Shown piece after piece: positions 56,876 to 64,000 of a DNA stretch of 64,000 nucleotides (position 1 is the first letter of the stretch; the number at the start of each line of letters is the position of its first letter). Under the pieces are notes generated by a model, which saw only the letters and a program-made list of their open reading frames with translations, did no database searches and had not been told where the DNA came from. Both the position numbers and the translations under genes were made by a program. Origin of the DNA: Deltaproteobacteria bacterium (GTDB lineage Bacteria > Myxococcota > Kuafuiibacteriia > Kuafuiibacteriales > Kuafuiibacteriaceae); NCBI GenBank assembly GCA_040218735.1, contig JAVJQW010000022.1, positions 32,001 to 96,000 of the forward strand, given 5' to 3'.

Positions 56876-59800
56876 TTACGCTCCCCCGGTCGGCGAAATA
56901 GCTTCAGCGAGGACTCTGTAGCGGGAGAACGCTGATGGCTCGATGAACTCTCGTGCTTCGATCACTCGGACGCGGTTGGGCACCTGACCCTTCTTCAGCA
57001 GAACAACGAGTCCGTCGTCGCGACGTGCCAAGTATGTCCCTTGAGCAAACGTACCGTCGAACGGCTGTTCATGCACTCTACGGAAGGTGCGGGCCCTGCG
57101 CTCAAAGGTCTCGCCTTTGGGCACGTCCCACGGCTCGGCCGGCGAGGTGGCACTTTTCACCGACAGCCTCGGAAGCGCGAGTCGCTGCTGTTGAACCCAT
57201 GACATCCGACGTTCCAGATTGAAGGTGTCTACGAGATGAACTCGGTCGACGCCTGCCGACTCTGCAAGTGTCGTCACCTCTTGCAGTGGATTGAGCCGGC
57301 CTGGCGAGATGCCCCAGAGGGGGTGTACAGCTGCGAACATGACGCCGGGTCGGTTGGCTTCGGTCCACGCGAGTGGCCCCTCATCTCGGTCCACGCCGAT
57401 GGCCTCGAGGTTTGAGTGGACTGCCTCCATCCGCTGCACCAGCGTCCGTGCTCGCGGACGCCAACGCCGTAGGATCGAAGATCCCGATGACAGTTCCCCT
57501 GAGCCGGGAACGAAGTCAGCGTCCGAGAATGTCGCGAGCAGGTCCAAGCCGAGAGCGTAATCGAGGAGTGGGTGGATGAAGCGGTTCTGGAACCCGCGAA
57601 GTAGCCCATCCGGGTCGCTCTGCCGTGGTGGCTTGCGCAGCTCCTCGGCGAGAGCATCGCCGAGAATGCTCTTCCCGTTCGGGGCGAGCAACAGCCCTTG
57701 CAGTACCCGTTCCCAGTGATCGCGTACCCAACGAACCAGGCCAGCTCCGTTGGGATGCTCATCAGCCAGGTAGAGCTCGGTGCCGCGGGCATTGTGGCTG
57801 AAGACGACGTGGAGTGAAGCGATCTCGATTCCCGTTGAGTCCACGTCGAGCTCGAGCGCTACCGCGCGTTGCAACAACGTTGCCGCCGAAAACCACGCGG
57901 CCCGGCACGCAGCCAGTCTGGGGCCGCTGTCGGGATCCGCGAACCTCAAGCCGTCTCGTTCGAGCGCACGAATGGCAAGAACATCGGTGGTCTTCGGGGC
58001 GACGATTGCGAGTCGACGGGTCGTGTCGTTTCCTCCAGAGCGGGGAACGAGACGCCAAAGGTGTCCCTCAGCTCCGGAGCTCGAACGAGCTCTCAGCCAA
58101 TGCTCCTGGCCGTTCCGGCTCACTGCAAACCCGGGAATTGCATGCATCTCGAACAGGCCACGCCCGCCGGGTGTACTCAGCCTGAACACTTCAGCCGTGT
58201 CGCTGAAGCCGATCTCGACGGAACCGTTCTGATTGTAGTCAGCACCATCCAGCCGAGGGGAGGTGACGAACGCGTGAGCATTATGACCAGGTGTCCGTTG
58301 GTTTCCGCCACGCGTGACAGATCGGTCCATCCGCAAGTCCGTCACGAAACCGCGTGGCGCTACAGCGATGAACGCGCGAGTGTTCGTTGAGCCGCAGGAC
58401 GTACACTCGGCACCCTCATGCTCTTGGAATGGGCTGTCCACGCACCACCAATCCGGAAGGTCGTTCTGGTGCTCCACCATGTCGTCGGAGAGTAGGGAGC
58501 TCGAGAAGTGCTTGCGCTCTGTCGTCCTGCAATCTTCGCAGAGCAGGACCCGGAATGTGGCGCCGATGGGACGGGTTCCCGCAATCCACGACCTCTGACC
58601 TTTGTACTCGTGTTCCTGAACGCGCTCGACGAAGCCCACGGTATGGAGCTCGCGCTTGTCCCAGGTCCGCACGGCGCCAGGAGCGAAAGCCGCGACGGCC
58701 TGGTCGAAGTTACGATCCATCGAGCGGCCTTCTCCGCCACCGTCCGTGGCGCGGCGAAGGTCGTAGTAGAGATTCCGAACGCTCGTCGGCATCCCATACA
58801 TCGGAAGCAGCCCCACCTCTGCGAGTCGTCCGGCCAGGTTCGGGTCGACCAGCTCAGGGTCCTCGACTGCTTTCTCGATTCGGGTGCGTAGCGTCGCGGC
58901 GACCGCGGCGAGGGAGTGTGCGTCGTGGTCCGTACCCCTGGCGATCACCGAGGCCACGCGTTCGACTTCTGCGTGGTTTTCGTCGAGCCACGACGCGAGC
59001 GCTTCTGCGTCGCTTGGAGTCCACTGCTCGACTGTTCCGAACTCGCCGTGAGGATCCGGCTGGGCATCGAAGTCTACCCATGAGCGTCCCAAGTCGCGGA
59101 AGAACTGGCGCAAGACCTCCTTGGCGACCAGCCGATCGGCGAGAATGGCTTGTTCCTCTCCGGTGGCGACGGCGGGCTGCGGTGGGGCTCCTCCAGTCAT
59201 TTCGTTCGGGTGGAGGAAGTGAACAAGGTCGTGCGTCTGGGCCCGGCAGTAGGTAAGTGCTGCAGAGTACCGCTGCCCCTTTCGTCCGGCGCGGCCGACG
59301 CGCTGCTGGTAGTTGAAGCGCTCTGGAGGCATGTTGGCCTGGAAGACCGACTGCAGCGACCCGATGTCGACCCCGACCTCCATCGTGGTCGTGACCGACA
59401 GCAGGTCGATTTCGTCGACTGGAGGCAGCGCTGCCCGCTCGTGGATGTCGTCCACCTGTTCGTTGGAGAAGAAGATGCGACGGAAGAAGCGTTGGCGTTG
59501 GCCCGGGTCGTCGGTCTGGCCGCTCAACTCCTCGCAGTGCAGTCGGAATGCAGTGTCGACCCTCTTCGACTCGCTCGCATAGTAGTGGGTGTCCGCAATC
59601 GACTCTGCGGTGTGAGCGGCGCTCGGGTCCGCGGGGAGATCGTTCAGGCACCGAGTGCACACCCCACCGGAGCGATGCCAATGGGTCTGTCTGCACTGGG
59701 TACAGATCCAAGGCCTCTGTTCGGGTTTCATCGGGCGGACCCAGGTGTGTGTGAGGCTTATGATTCCCCAAGTGCCATCTCCGTCTGGGTGCCCGTGCCC

Positions 59801-62800
59801 AGCGTCGATGAGGTTCTTACGCACATCATCCCGAAGGGAGGTGGTCGGCACGCGGTGGATGGCGGCCACGCGCTCGAGATATCGCCACACGCGCGACTTG
59901 CCTCGCCCTGTGGTCTTCTCGCTCGGATGATCTGCTCGCCAAGCCTGCAAGGTTCTGCCGAAACGGTTCGGATCGGTTTGGTTCTCTTCGGTCAACAAGC
60001 GAAGCACCGCGTTGGTCACCTCTTCGATGCCGGGGCCAGCGAGACTCGTCGGATAGTGGGCGCAACTACCCGGTTGGAGGCACAGGTGACCCACTCCCTG
60101 TGCGTCGAGGTCATAGAGCAGGCGTCCGGAGACCGCCCGCCAGGTAGCCATTCGCGTGCGTGCCCCGAGCTGCTGGAGTGAATCGATTTCCACGTTGGTG
60201 AGCGGTGGCGTCTGTCGCACACCGGGCAGCGGTTGGCTCCAGTCGAAGAGCGTTGTCCAGTCCGCGTCGCCGTTGTCGTTGCGCACCGTCCGGTCCTCGA
60301 GCGATGGTCCCGCCGGACATACGCCTAGACCGAGCATCCGCTCCCAGACGCTGGACATGCCACCCGTCGGTTGTGGAGGGGAGACGAGGTCGGTGAGTCG
60401 TACGGCAGAGGACCTGGCCAAGATGCGAGCTCGTTCCTTTTCTTCGAGCTCTTCCTCCTCGAGTTCAGTGAAGAGGTTCTTGAGCTCCTGCAGACCCTTC
60501 TTCGGCAGGTCAGCTCCTGACTTCGACACGATCTTCTCGACATCGCTTCTCGAGGCTATCTCGCCGCGGTCGAACGCTTCGACGACGCGTCCCTTCCAGG
60601 CGTCGATACTCTCCGCGTCCCCTCTCCGCAGTGCGTCGAACAGGAACACGCGGAACAAGTGCTCCCATTGCTCGATCTCCACTCCGGCGGAGAGTTTGGC
60701 TGCTCCTTCGCGACTGTCGGAGAAGGCGACCAGCTTGGTTTCGTTCGACCCACCCGATGTCACTCGTAGCTCGGACATCAAGTGCTTCGACAGGAGGTGG
60801 GACATCCTGAGAATACCGGTGGCAAATCCTCGAATGGGTGATTGTCGACCACCGCCTCGCTCGGAGTAGTCGGTTCCGCAGTGGGGGCACCGCTGTGGCA
60901 ATGCCGGAAACTTCTTGGGCACGGCCCCGTCCGCCTTCAGGGACGCACCGAGTTCGAACCAGAGGCACGGCAACGATTGCTCGTCCGGCGGATCGCCGCC
61001 GAGAAGTACGTAGCCGGTCTGGGGGTGAATCCATGCATTCACCCATTCGGCGTGCCGGAAGTGGGACGCACGGCCGAAGTCGCCCTTCGTTCGCTCGAAA
61101 CTGCCTTGCGCCCACTTCATGTGGCGCCTCTCCGGCGCCTCTCCGGCACGAAGCCAGACCACACCAAAGTCCGGGTAAGGCTGCTCGTAGGATTGGGTGT
61201 CGACGAAATCCTCGGGCAGTCCGTCGATACTGGACGTGGCGAGCGACAACTCGAATGCCTCAGGCCGCTGCGTCTGTCCCCAGCCTGGGATACCTCCGAC
61301 GTCGCCGGTCGCCTCGTGATGAACGGCTGTCTTCTGGCCCGAGAGGAACTGCGTGCCGCAGCACTCGCAGTAAAGCACCTCGAGCAGTCGCCCTTGGTCG
61401 TGCCACGCATCCGGCTTGGGACTGAGCGTGCCGACGGCGCGCTTCGGATCCTCTGGGAGCAGGCCAGGCAGCGCCCAAAGTCCCGAGATGTTTCGGACCA
61501 TCCAGTGGAAGCGGATCCGGGGTGCATCGATCCGGCCCCAACGTGTCTCGGGGTTCATTGGATAAACGCGTGACAGCGCCATCAGGAGGCCGCGCAGTGC
61601 GGTTCGACTGTCCGGCTGTTTCGGAAAGAGCGAGCCTTCGATCTCTGTCAGGGGGCGCGCTGTCGGGACTCCGTCCTTTGCGAACGCGGCGAGGATGCTC
61701 GCCGGCAGCTCATCTTCACCAGCCAGTGCTTGCAGTGCTCCATCGATGACATCTTGAGGAGCATTCACCCCCGCAGACCCAAGTGCGATGCAGGCTTCGA
61801 AGGTGGTAGGCGAGAGCTCGGCCGACCCCTTTGGCTTCCAGAGAGGGTCACCCGTTTCGACGTGGAAGGTGTCCCGTACGTTCTCGGCGGAGAGACCGAA
61901 GAAGCCACCCAGATAGTTCAACGTCTCGTCCGTTCCCTCGCTGAGAGAGGCAGACGAAGCCAAGATTCGAAACTGCGGATGATCGGGTGCCAAGCCCAAA
62001 CGATCGAGCAGAATTCGAACAAGGTACGCGACCTCCGTGCCTGCCGATCCTCGGTAGAGGTGCAACTCGTCGACGACGAGCTGGAAGACGTTACGCTCGT
62101 CGGCTTCGAGCCACTGGCGTGTCTTCCGGAAGATGTCGGAGTCGGCCTGGTCTCTACTGACCGACCGGGCTCGATTCCGCATCAACATGATGGATAGCAT
62201 GCTGACGTTCGTGATGAGGATGTCGGGTGGGTCAACCTGCATCTCCCACCGATGGAACATCTCTGCGGCGTTCGGGTCGATCTTCTGGACGAAGGTTGCC
62301 AGCTCAATCGCATGTTCGACGGCCTCCTTCGCAGTCGCCTCCTCGGACGTGCCTTTGGCCTCGTCGTACCGTCGACGTGCTTCGTCGAGTTGTCGTTGTG
62401 CGCCCGAATGCGCCTTCTGAGCATCTTGGAAGGCACGCTTGAGAGCATCACGCTTCGACTGGTTGGCGCGCCCCTTCCGCTCGAACGGGTGACCGGGCAC
62501 CGGGGTCTTGCCGATGAAGCGGCCGAATCGGATGCGGTTGTCCCCCAAGTGAGCGCGAAGAGCCTCATGGGCGCGATCGGAATCGAGGGCCTCTCGGAGC
62601 CGAGTCAGCTGATCTTCGACGAGAGCGTTCATCGGGTACAGAACGAGGGCACGGACGGCCGGAGTGCGCTCTTCACTACGTTTGGCTGCGCGGCGGTAGT
62701 CCCATGTGAATCGGTTCGGGTCGCGGCCCGTGGGGTTGCTCGGCCATGGCTTCGCGGTCTGGGCTGCCGGCCACGCCCGACAGGCTTCTTCGACGATTGT

Positions 62801-63199
62801 GGCGAACATGGGCAGGAGAAACGACTCGGTCTTCCCGGACCCGGTACCTGTCACCACGACGCAGTGCTTTCCCGATAGCGACCGTTCGAGGAGCTTTTGC
62901 TGGTGGGTGTAGAGTGGGTATCCGTTCTTGAACAGCCCTGCGCGCATGAGACTCACGAACGTCTCCCGAGCCTGCGCGGCTAGTCCCGGAATGTCCGCCG
63001 GCTCCAGTTGCTCAAGCCTTTTGCCGGACCGGTACTCCGGTTGTGGCTCGAGATAAGCCTCCTGGAAGAGGTTCCCAGGTTCGAGGAGCAATTCTCGCCG
63101 CTCGTTTTCAAAGGTCGGCGAGTTCGTTCCGAACGCGCTCGTGATGTAAAGGCGGATGCTCTTTTGGATCGACTCGTACACGCCAATGGGGTCGTTCAT
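56876..63199 (-). CDS. druE: Large DEAD/DEAH helicase with DUF1998-like C-terminus, Druantia DruE-like (2107 aa)
   Basis: MNDPIG...YITSAFG; [66 protein letters not shown]; ATGA overlap with the upstream gene. Confidence 0.8.
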   Translation of the reverse strand: MNDPIGVYESIQKSIRLYITSAFGTNSPTFENERRELLLEPGNLFQEAYLEPQPEYRSGKRLEQLEPADIPGLAAQARETFVSLMRAGLFKNGYPLYTHQQKLLERSLSGKHCVVVTGTGSGKTESFLLPMFATIVEEACRAWPAAQTAKPWPSNPTGRDPNRFTWDYRRAAKRSEERTPAVRALVLYPMNALVEDQLTRLREALDSDRAHEALRAHLGDNRIRFGRFIGKTPVPGHPFERKGRANQSKRDALKRAFQDAQKAHSGAQRQLDEARRRYDEAKGTSEEATAKEAVEHAIELATFVQKIDPNAAEMFHRWEMQVDPPDILITNVSMLSIMLMRNRARSVSRDQADSDIFRKTRQWLEADERNVFQLVVDELHLYRGSAGTEVAYLVRILLDRLGLAPDHPQFRILASSASLSEGTDETLNYLGGFFGLSAENVRDTFHVETGDPLWKPKGSAELSPTTFEACIALGSAGVNAPQDVIDGALQALAGEDELPASILAAFAKDGVPTARPLTEIEGSLFPKQPDSRTALRGLLMALSRVYPMNPETRWGRIDAPRIRFHWMVRNISGLWALPGLLPEDPKRAVGTLSPKPDAWHDQGRLLEVLYCECCGTQFLSGQKTAVHHEATGDVGGIPGWGQTQRPEAFELSLATSSIDGLPEDFVDTQSYEQPYPDFGVVWLRAGEAPERRHMKWAQGSFERTKGDFGRASHFRHAEWVNAWIHPQTGYVLLGGDPPDEQSLPCLWFELGASLKADGAVPKKFPALPQRCPHCGTDYSERGGGRQSPIRGFATGILRMSHLLSKHLMSELRVTSGGSNETKLVAFSDSREGAAKLSAGVEIEQWEHLFRVFLFDALRRGDAESIDAWKGRVVEAFDRGEIASRSDVEKIVSKSGADLPKKGLQELKNLFTELEEEELEEKERARILARSSAVRLTDLVSPPQPTGGMSSVWERMLGLGVCPAGPSLEDRTVRNDNGDADWTTLFDWSQPLPGVRQTPPLTNVEIDSLQQLGARTRMATWRAVSGRLLYDLDAQGVGHLCLQPGSCAHYPTSLAGPGIEEVTNAVLRLLTEENQTDPNRFGRTLQAWRADHPSEKTTGRGKSRVWRYLERVAAIHRVPTTSLRDDVRKNLIDAGHGHPDGDGTWGIISLTHTWVRPMKPEQRPWICTQCRQTHWHRSGGVCTRCLNDLPADPSAAHTAESIADTHYYASESKRVDTAFRLHCEELSGQTDDPGQRQRFFRRIFFSNEQVDDIHERAALPPVDEIDLLSVTTTMEVGVDIGSLQSVFQANMPPERFNYQQRVGRAGRKGQRYSAALTYCRAQTHDLVHFLHPNEMTGGAPPQPAVATGEEQAILADRLVAKEVLRQFFRDLGRSWVDFDAQPDPHGEFGTVEQWTPSDAEALASWLDENHAEVERVASVIARGTDHDAHSLAAVAATLRTRIEKAVEDPELVDPNLAGRLAEVGLLPMYGMPTSVRNLYYDLRRATDGGGEGRSMDRNFDQAVAAFAPGAVRTWDKRELHTVGFVERVQEHEYKGQRSWIAGTRPIGATFRVLLCEDCRTTERKHFSSSLLSDDMVEHQNDLPDWWCVDSPFQEHEGAECTSCGSTNTRAFIAVAPRGFVTDLRMDRSVTRGGNQRTPGHNAHAFVTSPRLDGADYNQNGSVEIGFSDTAEVFRLSTPGGRGLFEMHAIPGFAVSRNGQEHWLRARSSSGAEGHLWRLVPRSGGNDTTRRLAIVAPKTTDVLAIRALERDGLRFADPDSGPRLAACRAAWFSAATLLQRAVALELDVDSTGIEIASLHVVFSHNARGTELYLADEHPNGAGLVRWVRDHWERVLQGLLLAPNGKSILGDALAEELRKPPRQSDPDGLLRGFQNRFIHPLLDYALGLDLLATFSDADFVPGSGELSSGSSILRRWRPRARTLVQRMEAVHSNLEAIGVDRDEGPLAWTEANRPGVMFAAVHPLWGISPGRLNPLQEVTTLAESAGVDRVHLVDTFNLERRMSWVQQQRLALPRLSVKSATSPAEPWDVPKGETFERRARTFRRVHEQPFDGTFAQGTYLARRDDGLVVLLKKGQVPNRVRVIEAREFIEPSAFSRYRVLAEAISPTGGA

Positions 63200-64000
63200 C
63201 TCAAGTCTCCGATTTCGTCCAGCCTGCACCCCAGTCGGTTCGCGACGATCTTCACGACCTCTCGGGGGACGGCTTGGTATTCGAGCCACAGGCGTACGTC
63301 GTTGGGAGGCAGGAAGTCCCTGTAGTTCCGGTCGAACGAGCCTACGAATGCGCCGCCGACGGTGCGTGCTCGCAGCCGATCAGCGTCAGTGTTTTGGTCA
63401 GCGATGAGTCTCGCCCGTGCCGGCGGACCTCCGCTGCATGCTACGAGCGCACGTTCGAGAATCAGCGGGAGTTTCATTCCTGCCGGTACCCACAATGAAC
63501 GAGTGACTTGCTGGTAGGAGAGAGGCCAGGGCGCGATGCCTGGGAACATAGTCGCAAAATGGCGGACGCAGGAGTCGTAGGCCATCCACGTTGCCCAGCG
63601 CTCATTGCGGACGTGCCGGTAACGGTAATGCCCAGGGGCCCCGTTGCGCAGCGAGTGCAGGCGATGGCTCCCGGTGTCAGGATCGGTATATCGCAGAAGG
63701 ACCCAGTCGAAGTCCGAGCGTGGAGTCGAGTCACTCCAGTCGGCACATCCTGGCTGAAACCACTCCCGGTCGTGAGCTCTCTTATCGAGTGTTTCGAATC
63801 CGCGTGATGCGAATGCTTGTCGGAGCTCCTCGAGCGACGAGCTACAAGTTGCGATCGCGGTCGGCGGTTGCTTGGTCACGTGGAAGGGGCCTGAGTCGCG
63901 GACGGCACCGCGGAGACGAAATACAGGCAGGCTGGTTTCCGGATCTTGCGACATGTAAAGGTCGGCCCCCGTGGCCACGAGATGCCTCCAATAATCTTGA
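63196..64000 (-). CDS. C-terminal part of a DruH-like protein (5' end outside the window)
   Basis: Frame is open to the window edge; [20 protein letters not shown]...[17 protein letters not shown] tail; translationally coupled to druE. Confidence 0.6.
   Translation of the reverse strand, partial: QDYWRHLVATGADLYMSQDPETSLPVFRLRGAVRDSGPFHVTKQPPTAIATCSSSLEELRQAFASRGFETLDKRAHDREWFQPGCADWSDSTPRSDFDWVLLRYTDPDTGSHRLHSLRNGAPGHYRYRHVRNERWATWMAYDSCVRHFATMFPGIAPWPLSYQQVTRSLWVPAGMKLPLILERALVACSGGPPARARLIADQNTDADRLRARTVGGAFVGSFDRNYRDFLPPNDVRLWLEYQAVPREVVKIVANRLGCRLDEIGDLR

Larger units (their letters stand above)
54418..64000. mobile_element. Probable horizontally acquired defence island (continues beyond the window)
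   Basis: Visible drop in GC and GC3 bias from about 54.4 kb; only defence-type genes; no integrase or att site seen. Confidence 0.6.

Overview
High-GC window, most likely from a Myxococcota/deltaproteobacterial genome (inferred from the FHA-sigma54 activator, Ser/Thr kinase-STAND, PEGA/FG-GAP genes and a stand-alone EF-G of the spirochete/planctomycete/delta type). About 45 real CDSs; most other long ORFs in the track are antisense shadows. No rRNA, tRNA, CRISPR array or transposase was recognised. Housekeeping or recognisable genes: fusA, katG, ttcA, def, xth, an OPT transporter, two GT4 glycosyltransferases, an SDR. Four things stand out. (1) 1.4-9.1 kb: two convergent operons encoding a soluble VirD4/TraD-like ATPase, an FHA protein, a Zn-ribbon membrane protein, three paralogues sharing an ungapped 55-aa helical block (one ending in a degenerate YraN/PD-(D/E)xK fold) and three copies of an unrecognised CxxC...C...Nx4C domain. 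This is the best candidate for an undescribed export/conflict system. (2) A two-gene cassette (Gly-rich hydrophobic protein plus partner) that seems to occur twice, at 9.2 and 51.1 kb. (3) A possibly co-regulated lipid-signalling set at 17.6-42.7 kb: atypical FabH, DGAT-like acyltransferase, STAND kinase, FHA-sigma54 activator with a visible sigma54 promoter, alpha-oxoamine synthase, a cNMP-patatin-OmpA-like-WD40 giant and an MDR reductase. (4) From about 54.4 kb, a lower-GC defence island: Druantia type III-like druH/druE, a coupled NERD-SF1 helicase and an OLD-nuclease relic. All family assignments come from motif recognition by eye; no database search was run.
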